Shown here: piece by piece, positions 36,294 through 48,676 of the stretch | Position numbering within the stretch: the stretch's first letter is position 1 | Layout of the letters: every line of letters starts with the position of its first letter | Source: Tubulanus polymorphus | Taxonomy: Eukaryota; Animalia; Nemertea | NCBI RefSeq assembly: GCF_964204645.1 | Contig: NC_134030.1 | Coordinates: 20,048,210-20,112,209, forward strand | Reading direction: 5' to 3' | Length of the DNA: 64,000 nt | The notes under the pieces: model-generated | What the model was told of the DNA's origin: nothing | Seen by the model: the letters and a program-made list of their open reading frames with translations, nothing else | Database searches by the model: none | Program-made: the position numbers and the translations under genes

Positions 36294-39200
36294 ATGGTTT
36301 CGGTTCATTTTGTCGTGTTGATGCTGTTCGGTATGGATCGACTGAGAGTGCTGTTTATAGCGTCGCTGATCGTCTGGCGAGTTAACATCGCACACGCTGA
36401 TCTGTCTGACTCTGTGACGGTCAGTTCGTCTTGTAATAACACTTGGTACCCTGTCGATTCTACGTCCGGTTACATCGTTTCACCGAATTACCCGTCGTTA
36501 ACGCGCGGTGTTGAATGTCGTTGGTTCGTCAACAGCTCTTTACCGGGAACTTTCAACATCAAACTATACTACGACATCGAGCCGTCGATATTCTGTAGTG
36601 ATAACTACCTTCTCGTCGGTGAGTCCGATAACAGATTCTGCGGTGAAGGAAAACATGAAATCCGCCGTAACGATTCGATGTCGTTGATGTTTAGAAGTAA
36701 CGTCGATGGTGCGCGGGGTAGTCGGGTTTACATCATATATCGTTTAGAACGGAACAATTTGAAATTAATTCACACCTGCGGAAAATACAACGAATTACCA
36801 ACATCGATAGGATACAAGTTTGCTATGTTGGTATGGAAATGTAAATTGTATTTAGAATGGATCGGGATCTTGGATGGCTTTGCTATGAATTTCACGTTTT
36901 CGGAGATAAAATTCGAATTATATCCCGGCACCGATCCAGCGACAACTGTTCAAATTCATGACGGATGGAACAGCAGTGAACTTCTTGCTGTAATACCAGA
37001 ACAAACCGGGCATCCACCTTCATCCTTTTATACTAAGACAAACAAAGCTATGATCAGTTTCCTACGTGTGCGAAACGTACTTACATCACAACTATCAGTT
37101 CAGATCTATAGAATATCTGAATGGAACGTCTCTAATCCGTTAATTCAAATCTCTAATAACGAGTCTGGAGTGCTCATCCCTGATGACAACAGTTTACACG
37201 TAATAACTCGATCAAAAAACTTACACTGCTGGTCTATCACAGTGCAGGTGTTACAGTACGTCGTCTTCAACTGGACACGTGATCTCAGCACATCCGGTGA
37301 CGTCATTGGTGTATATAAACTAGAAGGGTTACGTGTTGTAGGAACTGATATTTTACTCGGTTACAACTACCTGGAATCACTGAGTGTTAAATCTGACGGG
37401 TTTCTCGTCATACTGTGCGTTTTAATAAGACCAGGTGTTTTACAATCGAATGTGAAAATTGAATTTGAAGTGAAATCTATTTCCATAAAAGAAGTACGAG
37501 TGGATAAACGCTCGGTGAGTATTGTGCGTTTTAATTTTAAGTTTATGATTTTATTGTGTGTGGATCTCTGTTATTAGGTTTCATGCGTAGAGTTTATGTT
37601 TGTGTTCTGAGAACAAAGTGAAAGTCTTCGAAGCCGACACGAGAAGTTACGCGCACTTTTTCTTGGAGCTCCAGATACTATAACTGCATGTGTAAACGAT
37701 TATTGGGATGATTGAGGGTGGGTTTTTTCACCTAAAATATTTTAGTTGGAAATTTGGATTTCCACCTGAAGAAGAAATTCCATTTTACCAAATCCTAAAA
37801 CACGCTGAAAACAATTGCTGAACGTGACAAAATCATTAATTGACATAGATTTGAAAATGTTGTTATGTTATTAATACTTGAAAAAACAAATGCTGATTTG
37901 TTATATTTTGTAGATATCTGGTAACAGAAAAAGCTACCGCTTGCCTGCTCAAAGATTGTTCCCGACGACAAAGAAGACAACATTATCGTATCGCATAAAT
38001 ACCTTAGAATTTAAACGGAAAGTTGATATCTATGATAATTTTAAACTAACAGTTTTATCAGAGACGTGCGAGAGAGCTGGATTTTATATATATGATGGTG
38101 GTAATTTTACAGCTAGACGCTATGGTCCGTATTGTCCTGGTCAGTGGTACAGTCGTAACGTCGTCAGTCTGATTACATCAGGAGGACCGGTTACTGTAGT
38201 AGGATACGCTTATAACTGGCATAAAAACTTAATTGTTAATGGGGGGTCATATCTATTTTTCGCCCCTACTGATTGTGACGGGTATGTTCTGCAGGAAGGA
38301 GAAAATCAGATCAATATGACGTCACACTGCCTCACGATTACACCTGAAAACCGGCGCCTTCCTTTAGAAAATATTTATATATTATCAGAATACGAATATC
38401 AAATTTACACATGTGTCCGTAGTTCAAATTATTCGTGTCCTCATGTTACTCTTACAACTCAATTACTGAATAACAGTCTCTTATTGAATCATCTGATGAT
38501 AAAAGGAAGTAGTTATAGGTTCTGGAAAGGATCAATGATGATTGTACTAAGACGTAAATGTTTGGTGTTGATGATCTATCAAGATTCCCCGGTACTTTCC
38601 TCTAATCAAATTGCATACATCCCGCCGAAGCGAGAAAAATGTGGAGTCGCACAATCACCGAACTATCCTGGATATGATCAACAACGCCGTAAATCAAGTT
38701 TGTACTACTCATTTCATTACGACAAACATTTGAATTATTACATCAGATTCCTTTTCAAATTTATGGGACACGCCTCGTGCAGCCCTTCTAGTAGTTATAC
38801 TGTTCGAGATCCGTTATTACTGGTACAGACTATTTTGAAACCCGGTAGTGACATCATCCTTATTTGGGGGCTGCGTCGCCACGAGACTAAAATATGTGAA
38901 AATAACGCTGTACCTGGACTTGTATTGTACAGTCTACTCGTTTTTGACCTTTACTTTGAAGCGAAAAACTATATCCCTTTATTTCAAATTCAATACACTT
39001 TAGAACAATCGCCTTCACAAACACATCGAAATAATGACTGCGGATCAGATTTTCTAGATTCAGGTGTTTCGTGTATCAGATACATCAAACATGAACGTCT
39101 GAATTGGGAGAAGGCTGAAATTTACTGTCAACAGAAATACAGTGGACATCTTCTCAGTATCAACTCTGAACATGAAATGATTGCTGTAAAAAAACTGTTT

Positions 39201-42200
39201 GCTACGAATCTTCTTCAGGAGGCGTTTTCACAGGCGGCGCTGATTGTGATGATTGGATTGAAATGGCAGGTAATTTCAAAGTATCGTTATGAACATGTTT
39301 ACCAACATTCATTTGGTGTTGAACATGATTTTGAATTTGTTACGAATTCATTCATTCTCTACTAAAAGTATAGAATATTTCATATTAATTGAAACAGATT
39401 TCTATTAGTCAACGTATAAAATGTAACATGATCTTAATTTGATAAACTCAATTCAGTCGCTTGATATAAGTTAGATATCCAAAAGCTAATCGTCATGAAC
39501 ACTTCTAAAACCATTTCGATCAATGAAACTGAATTTGTTTTGAGCAGGATGATGGTTATTACACGTGGACTGATGGAAAACCATTGAGCTACACAGAATG
39601 GTTTAGACCTGCTGTGATAAACGAAACGATACCAGAAGTTATTCAAGGATTGATATCTCCTCTACGAAAACAACCGATAAATGACGTCAATATGCCGTGT
39701 ACGGCGATGATTCTGAATAATCCACGAGGATCAGCGAACTGGGTTCGATTCCCGTGTCAAATCGAGGAGACTCGAACAACTTTCATTTGTGAAAAAGATA
39801 AAGATAACTCCTCATCGACTAAAAATCACAAATTACCTGTTGCAGAAAAAAACTATACTTATTATTCGGGGATATTGGAATCAGATAACTCCACGTGTTT
39901 AAAGGGATGGATTGGTATAGAAGGACATTGCTATCAGATACTTACAGCCTGGGATACTCACAGATTGTCGATTCGGGAAGCTGAGGAAATGTGTCAAACA
40001 ATTGGTGGTGAAATAGGTATAGTATCCAATGATGTTATAATTCAGCATTTGATTCAAATATTTCATTATGAACATCAATATGGTGCTGTACTGGTGAAGG
40101 CTACGGATAGTGAATTTCTTGCTCTGAATCCAGTTTTGACCAGAGATGAAATAACATATAAAAAAACGGTGAAATGGTCAGTGACTGCCTTTGATAATGT
40201 CGCAGATGTAGCGCATTCAGTGCTATGTTCCTATAATGTAACTGATGAAGAGTTGACTTCTATAAAAAGGTGTAAATCGTGGCAATTTGAATGTAACGAT
40301 CAAAGATGTATCAGTGACCATCGCGTATGTGATACCAGAAACGACTGTCAACACGGTGAAGATGAACTCGATTGTTCAGATATAAACTGGCGCAGTCAGT
40401 TCCACTGTATTGATGGAAGAGTTATATCAGTTAGTAATTTGTGTGATTTTGTACGAGATTGCGCTGACGGATCTGATGAGAACTCGTGCTATCATACTTC
40501 ATGTTCCTCTGAACAGTTTAAGTGTAGCAATGGACAATGTGTGGGTTTATATAATCGATGTGATGGACTGGTTGATTGTAAAGATAAATCTGATGAGATC
40601 GGCTGCTCTTCAGATGAATGTAACGGGTTTCTGTGTGTAAATGGTGAATGTATCAGTTCTCTGTTGTATCGGGATGGTGTTGTAGATTGTGCTGGTAGCC
40701 TCGAAGAAGATGAGATTGTCACCAACATAACAGTTACACCAAAGATTCACTGTACTACAGAGAACTACTGTACGACTAATTTCACAAACTTATGTAAGAA
40801 ATCCGATGAACAAAGATGTTCTTTCGATTCTCCTCACTGTTATTCTAGACGTCACAGGTGTATTTTAGAAAGGAGGCCGATTGGTTACCCGGTATGTAGA
40901 AGGCTCGAACATATACAAGGTTGTACTGATTTCAAATGTCCAGCTGGTGCTGCAAAATGTCCAGCATCTTACTGTATACCGATGGGACAGGTGTGCGATG
41001 GTCGATCCGATTGTCCTAACTCAGAAGATGAGCGAAACTGCAAGACTTTGTCGTGTCCCGGCATGTTTAAATGTGGCCATGAAAACCGATGCATACCTCA
41101 ATCTGAAGTTTGTGATGGTGTCGTCAATTGTAAACATACCACTGATGACGAAGCTTTCTGTGACGTCATATGTCCAAAGGTATGTAAATGTCAAGGTCAT
41201 TTGATTGATTGCGATCATGCTGATTTCGAAGAAATTACTGATCTTTTCTCGGCATCAACTCGAGTTCTGATGTTATCAAGAAACCGAGTTGTATTCAATG
41301 ATTCCACATTTTCTTCGTACCTCTATCTACATTTCCTTAATATTTCACGTAACAATTTGTCTTATATTGTTCCAAACTCGTTCTCAAACCTGCATAATCT
41401 ACATACATTAGATCTAGCTTATAACCGCATAATATCATTTTCCGCGAATACATTCGCCGGTTTGTATAGTTTGAAAATGCTTTTGATTTTTGGAAATTCA
41501 GTGAGATATTTAGAAGAAGGCAGTTTTCATGGTTTAAAGTCATTAAGCGATCTCGATCTTCACGGACTTTCCTTGTCGTTACTCGGTGGAAATGTGTTCC
41601 GTGGTTTATCAGCTTTAGAGTCGTTAAATATCAGCAGTAACGTGATCAAATATATTTCACCAAATGCGTTCGCCGGATTAATAAAACTAAGAAATCTGGA
41701 TCTAACCAAAAATTCTGAAGTCATATCCGTACAAAGAAACGTTTTTGACAGTCTTACATTATTGAGTTCTTTGGCTTCTGACGCGTACAAATTTTGTTGC
41801 ATGGTTCCGAAAGTTGACCAGTGTCTCCCGGAAGCCGACCAATTTTCATCTTGTTCCGACCTGATGGGTAACACTGTTCTTAGAGCAATCATTTGGGCGA
41901 TCGCTTCATTCAGCTTTTTTGCAAACATCATCGTAATTTTACTTCGCGTTCAAGCGTTACGCATTTCATCCTCTGAATCACGTAACACATCCTCTGATAT
42001 CCTAATCATTAATATTGCCACCTGCGATTTTCTCATGTCAATTTATCTTTTTCTGATCGCTGGAGCCGATTACGTCTATAAAGGTGTTTATTTCCTCAAT
42101 TCTGAAATGTGGACAGATAGTTCACTGTGTCGACTCGCTGGGATTTTAGTAACTCTTTCGTGCGAAGGGTCTTTGCTTTTTCTCCTGATTCTAACCCGTC

Positions 42201-42778
42201 AAAGATACTCGAATATCGTCGATCCATTTTCTGGAAGCCCAATTATATCATCGACATATGTGGCCGGTATTTGCTGTATATGCTGGATCATTTTGGGCAA
42301 CATTTCAATGCTACCGCTGTCGTCATCTTCTTATTTCGGACATAACTTTTACGGCACAACTGGTGTTTGTTTACCTATGAATTTACTATCCATCGATGTC
42401 CACGCCTGGCAATATTCATTCGCTATTTTTGCCGTGTTTAACTCGGTCGTACTTGCTACAATAATGATGACGTATGCACAGATGTATAGACTCGTATCTG
42501 GAAGCAGGTCCGGCTCGGGTAGAGCTGATCCTACCGAATTGGTTCTGGCACGTAGGAGTTTAGTGATAAATCTGTGTAATTTATTTTGCTGGTTACCGAT
42601 AATTATCGTTCAGTTTTGCGCTGTATTCCGAGTAGAAATACCGAACCAAGTGGCGGCTTGGTTGGCGGTACTTTTCCTACCGATCAACTCGTCACTGAAT
42701 CCACTTCTTTATACCATCCTCACTATTGATATTAAATCTATTCGGGCCAGAAATAGACGCGTTTTGAAAACTCGCTGA
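36294..42778 (+). CDS. GRL101-like CUB/CLECT/LDLa/LRR GPCR, copy 4 (~1935 aa); join(36294..37514,37914..39269,39548..42778)
   Basis: Same splice sites and motifs; exon 1 is 4 codons shorter by an in-frame deletion. Confidence 0.93.
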
Positions 42779-43444
42779 ACCATTCGACAGTCAAACCCTG
42801 ACTATGCACTCTAATCAGAATGCTGCGAAATCTTTTCAGATGAAATATATTTAATTACATAAACAAATACGTAGCAAACGTGTGGACTCGAGAACGAACT
42901 GATACTTGCTTATACGTTCCAATAAAAAAAAAACTGACGACACTTCAAGATTATATCGCAAAATAATGAAATCATCGAATGGGTTTCGAATCGTGTCCAG
43001 AAATACGACGTAGCGATAAGAATACACGCTAGGAGAGCTGAGTAATGTCATCTAATATGAGTTGTAACACCGATTATCCTGACAGTTAATTACGTTTATT
43101 TAATATCAGGATGATTTAATAAATTATGTAAGCTGGAAATAAAAGTGCCAAATAGTGGTGCATGTTCTACGTTCATCGATTTTAAACCGTATTTGAGCGC
43201 TTCAATGTTTAATCGAAGGATAAAGCTTGCGTTGCTTTCGTCCATTCAAAGTCCTACGCCCGGAGGAGGTGGGATCACTTCGAATCCGTGTCGATCCATA
43301 TGGACATTATCGGCGCTGTTAAAGGTGATCTACGTCTTTTGAATTCAGTCGTGTTCAGTATGTTCTTGCCAGTTTCTCGTTTATTAATCTTTCATAGCCT
43401 CGGCCTTCAACATCCCCTAACAAAGGATAAGTATCGTCTAATGC

Positions 43445-43724
43445 ACTGAGGTGTACTCGGGCCCACAACGCGAACGACAATTGAATCAATCGGTCAACAC
43501 TGATCAGAATGATTACCGAGTTCCGATGCATCTTCGCCGTGTGCCGAAGTCCGCCACAGTCCACAGTAAACACCACCGACACTCCGAAAAAAATAATTCA
43601 AATATCGGAATTTTTCCAAGCCGTACGTCCACAACGATACGTATTCCTTCAATGAGGTGAAGCAAAATATCGCAACCAGGTATTTTAGGATGGCAAATAT
43701 TCTGAGCAGGTGGTACGTACAAAT
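43445..43724 (-). pseudogene. Peptide-receptor-like GPCR fragment, frameshifted
   Basis: Copy of 30674-31018 with a lengthened homopolymer run and a 4-bp deletion. Confidence 0.55.
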
Positions 43725-45517
43725 TTGTAAATTCGAGAAAAAACAATTGTAAGAAATAACCGTGAAAATTAGCGTTCGAACCCCTAAGCCCTCGGTTGCC
43801 TGGAGACTAGTGACCGGCGGCTAAAAACCACTCGGCCAATGCGCCTCTTACATGAGTTCATAGAAGATTTGGCTAGTGTATTGAGCTTGGATCAAAATTT
43901 CCACCAGTTGTGATCTAGATGCTTAGTATACGTTAGTATACTGAACGGCATGATCGATGACCAACAATATTCACCATTGAATATACGATTTACTCACCTG
44001 TTGCACTGAAGGTTTGGGTTACTGATATTTCTGATCGATGAACCATGCTCACGAATCGGTGTGCAAATACATTTTCTAAAAGGAGTTTAATACAAATATA
44101 CAGTTTGACAGGTTGTAGTGCAGTTCGGTCGTCAAAACAACTGACGAAAATTGTAATGAATACAATACATGTAGTTAATCTATCATGTGAAACTGAATTA
44201 ACTCACAAACATCAGTTTAAGTACCGTACTGCTATTTCCAAAATTTCGATGTATTAAATTAGGCAGCCAAGAAAATTCACCCCCAATCAGTCGATTTCCG
44301 GTTAAGACTGAATGGAAGATTGTTTGAATGAACCGGAACCGAATTTCCCAATTATGTACTTTGAGCAAAAAACTTTTGTAAACTCGACCGTCGATCACAC
44401 AACTATATCTGTACTTCGATTATCGATTGTAAAACTAAACCCCCTGTTACGCTCCCGGCAGGTTTGGTGGATTTGTAAGGGACACTCAATCAAAAAATCA
44501 AACGAAATTTACCAACCAAATAAATAACAGGGACAATCCCTATTTTAGGAAAAAAAACAGAAATGAAGAAGAGCCACAATTCAAAGTATACACGATAAAC
44601 TCTAACTCCGCCCTTGAATTGTGCCGCATTCTTAGGCAGTTTTTACTCCAAGTCTTCAAATCACGAGGAATGCACGTATCACAGAGGGCCGCATTACGTC
44701 ACTGCAGAAAATGCGTCTCGTGGAGAAAATGGTGCAAGGCGGGGATTTAACAAAACTGTTTAGATGATATAAAAGATGATGTGTTTTTCTGCTATCGTGA
44801 ATATGTATTGTTAAAGGTTTTGAATACATATGGATTTAAAAACTTCTCGCTGCATTTCCCTTTAAGAGGACACCAAGAATAGTCAATCAATCACCAAAGC
44901 TGTGCAATTATTTGGTTTTACTTCAATTTGTATTTGAAGAATATATAGTATCGCGCGCAGTATTTTTCATCCATTCGTCGACTGTTCTGGCTCGAGAAAA
45001 CGAGATATTGTCATTTCGAAAGTATAATACGTTGGAAGAGCGACTAAGGTAAGCGTAGTGATAAAATATTCAAATTTAACGATAAAAATGATACCTTGTT
45101 CCTCAAAAGCTTAAAAGTTGACCCGGCCGGCCGCCGCCTATCTACCCTATACATTATTCTAAAAAAAAGAAACTATTATCAGCCATTCGACAACAAGACG
45201 CGGCGGCTATTGAAACGAATGGATTACAAATTCTATTGAAATTTACAAAATAACCCGGGCGCTGCGGAGAAACAGGGTGTCTTTTTTAGCCTAAAATAAT
45301 ATACTCCGATACGTACAGCAGCAATTTCAGTTGCCGGAATCTAAAATACGACACATGACTAAATACTTTTTTCTGCTGAAAATCATGCATCGATTAATTG
45401 ATCAATGACGTGTCACTGATCATACCGTTTAGCATAGTAGTATATTCTACGGTTATATGTAGATTTTCACCGATGGAGATCTCAATATAAATTACATAAA
45501 ATTCATAACCAAATTCA

Positions 45518-45563
45518 TTATTCCTGAAGATGACTATTAGGATATAGTCGAAACGTTGAATAA
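45518..45563 (+). ncRNA. Minimal type I hammerhead ribozyme motif within a 224-bp segment (45416-45639), Penelope-like remnant
   Basis: TTATTC-CTGAAGA-T-GACTAT-taggat-ATAGTC-GAAA-CG-TT-GAATAA: helix I TTATTC/GAATAA, core CUGANGA and GAAA, helix II GACTAT/ATAGTC, helix III reduced to the palindrome AACGTT. Confidence 0.65.
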
Positions 45564-46186
45564 ACTACTAAGCTCAAAGTAACATTTTCGGACTTTTTCT
45601 TATCATTGTGGGATTCTCTCTACATCGCGTCAACACGGATATAGTGTTCTATCAATCGCGTTCATAACCAAATTTTTCTATAATAAATGATTTTCTATAG
45701 TTGAGGTTAGTAACTAATTTCAAACGAATATCTTTTGACTAGATCATTTAGGCTGAGGAACCAAACTTGGAAGCGACTCTGAAGACAAAAAATGAATTAT
45801 CGATGATTATCTATATTAGATATTTGAAGCTTATCACTCACGGAAAGAAACGACAGAGACTTGTTCCTGCGATGCCCAAACACTAGCAATGCGGCCGCCC
45901 TGCACTCACTTCATAGCACGGCATTCAAACCAGCGATTCAAACCCGTTACACTGCTCTGCACTAAATCAAAAATACATCAAGTATTCTTTATGAATTTTT
46001 GACTATATCTATTATCAGTTCCTTTTTTTCTGTGTAGCTGCGTTATTTCAAACCTGGCCCATTCTCTGACGAAAAGGTTTGCTCATTGAGAGCCTATTTG
46101 AAAACTGTCGCAATATCAATTTTCTTTTTGAATTTTTGAAAATGCCAAATTGCAAATATATTTTATTCAAATTCTAGGCGAAGAAA

Positions 46187-46855
46187 ATGCTTGTTTATAC
46201 AATGACTCGCATATGTGCTTTTGCTGCGATTGTGGCCAGTGCCGTGGCCTTCAGTGGTGAGTTAAGACTAGGAAAATAATTCTCAGCTTCATGAGATTTC
46301 ATAAAATGATATAATTCAATTCACAATTATCATTAAACATTTAGTATGCGTTTATCGACGGATTGAATTGATTTGATAGATATATTTCACAAAATGACAC
46401 ATATACATTATGACAAAACCCTGTTAATTGACGTGCAATATATTGTTATTATACACATGTATTTTTTTAACACCCTGGCCCGCTAAGCGCAACGCTAGAA
46501 GCGGGTTCGATGTTTCATTTTCCCAATACCCACACTAGAGAAGAACCTCCGACCAAGAAACTTCCAATGGTTGAACCCATAAACCCTGGATTGATGAGAA
46601 CAGTGACAGGCGGCTTATACCACTCGGCCACTGCGCCTCCCATCTGTTATCCTCATCGGGATCACCATTATAGTCCTACATCTGGGGGCGGGAGTTCCAT
46701 TATTTCTTCAATTTAGGTAAAAACATCTTTCACTTCAAAATTCAATTTTTAATTTCATGTTTTTCGAAAATATAGATTGCTATCCAAAGGGCAGGACGTG
46801 TGACGATGACCTTAAGTGTTGCAACAACACCTGTAGAGCTAGTATTTGTTCCTGA
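46187..46855 (+). CDS. Secreted knottin (ICK)-like peptide D, 49 aa; join(46187..46256,46776..46855): MLVYTMTRICAFAAIVASAVAFS-DCYPKGRTCDDDLKCCNNTCRASICS
   Basis: Same exon structure, splice sites and six-Cys framework as peptide B. Confidence 0.85.
46462..46639 (-). mobile_element. tRNA-derived SINE-like element in knottin intron 2
   Basis: Copy of 9086-9271 with a small deletion near the B box. Confidence 0.6.
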
Positions 46856-47319
46856 TCGTTGAGTACGAAGGTTTATAACGGGATATACTCGTGGTGGTTT
46901 GGGAAATATATCCGATTATGAAACTGAACGACAGTCAGTTTTACTGACTAGGCCGTGTACTAAAAAGCTCGCACTGAATTTATAATTGTTACCGATTCTT
47001 CATATCTTGTAGTAAATTAGATTCAATAAAACTGCGAGTAAATAAATCAATTGTCGGGTTGTTGACTGTTTATGATTCATCGGTCAGAGTTTTCAAAGTG
47101 ATCAGAAGTGCCATTCCATCGGCGGTGAAGAACATTCATCGTCAATTAAAAAAGACTACTCGTAAGCAAAAGTCCAAAAACTCCCTAATTCAATTATTTC
47201 AGTCCCAGGGTTTAAATGTTTCATATGCATCCATCCATTAAGATATTTAGAGTTTTCTGTCCTAGTTCCCGATCGGCGATTTTCCTGTGACTTCACGCAA
47301 CCACGTATGAAACTGGGGA

Positions 47320-47856
47320 AAACAATACAAATACAGTTTGAATATGCTTTAAATGAAATCCATTTTCGTAGTTCATTGATGTTTCGATTTTTTGTTTATA
47401 AAATAGTAAGTATCATCTGCAAACATCGTGCAATCTAAGATGTCTACAAATTATATCAGCAATAGGTGCCGAATATAAAGAGTAAGTAAAACTGGCCCCG
47501 GAACTGAACCTTGGGGACTTCCACATCGAAAATCAGCTATATTAACTTTACCGTTTGTAACAACTTTGTGCGTACATTCCTGAAGGTGCCTAAGATTTGA
47601 AATAATTCTGTTTTGAAGCTGATTAGCGGCCATGCGTTCGGGCATCTTTGTGGCTACAGGTTAGTAAGACAATGATCTATAATTATTCAATTAATACAGA
47701 TTTAGAATTTGTGGTTTTTATCAATTGCTCAACCGAGCATGATTTTAGTTAAACAGTTCGTAGGTACAACACCGGTTTCCAAATGAGCAATTTATAATTC
47801 TAGTAACGATTGGAACAGTAACACACTGTTTTAGAATTGGCGCGGGCAACTAAAGC
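47320..47856 (-). mobile_element. Degenerate LINE RT remnant
   Basis: Copy of 9951-10488 (CGSPQGSVPGPVLLTLYI, MFADDT). Confidence 0.8.
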
Positions 47857-48676
47857 ATCTTCCTTATACTTCGCAAATCCACGACCCGCATCAAAATTGC
47901 TCGGAGCACCACGGCAAAACTGATCATTATCGCGACTAATGGTCAGTAGCGTATGTTCCAAACGAGCGATGGAAATTCACTTATTTCAAACTGGTCATTT
48001 ATGCGTTAAATACAAGCACTTGAGAGACACACGGATACGCGACATGGACTTAATAGCGTAACCTGCATTTTCAAGTGTATTAATGGCTTATGCGAGCTTT
48101 CAACTTAAACTTCGTGTTGGGCGGTGATTTATTGATAGGCCATCTAGAAGGCTGAGATTGAACCGCATATTTTTTTTTGAAAAAAAAACTTTCTTTCAAA
48201 ATCAATTCCGAAAGATCTAGCGGTTTGAAATTAAACAAATTCGTACGGATATAGTTAATGAAATTTTGAATTGATGCAAAGGTAGAAAAGTATTGAATAA
48301 TGATTTTGAGGCTCATCGTGAATATTCGACGATTCTATAACTAAAATTACGTTCGGGTTGAATGTGTTCTGATGAAATATGTAATGTCTAATGTCTAAAT
48401 TCGTGTGTGAACAAATTGGAAAAATCGAATTTGGAATTAATTGGCCTTAAGAATTTTGGTGAGCAACATGGAATCTAGAAATTATTGCTAATTGATAAAC
48501 AGATCTGTAAGCTAAAAATCCAAACATTTCAAATCTAGAATCAGTTTTCAAACTAATTGCGGCAGTAACTAAAAAATCAACTTAAATGAAGTGACAGCGA
48601 ATTCTCTAATTGGACGAACTGTAATTTGTGCTCGTTGTTATTCGACGAAAGTGGTTTCGGTTCATTTGTCGTGTTG

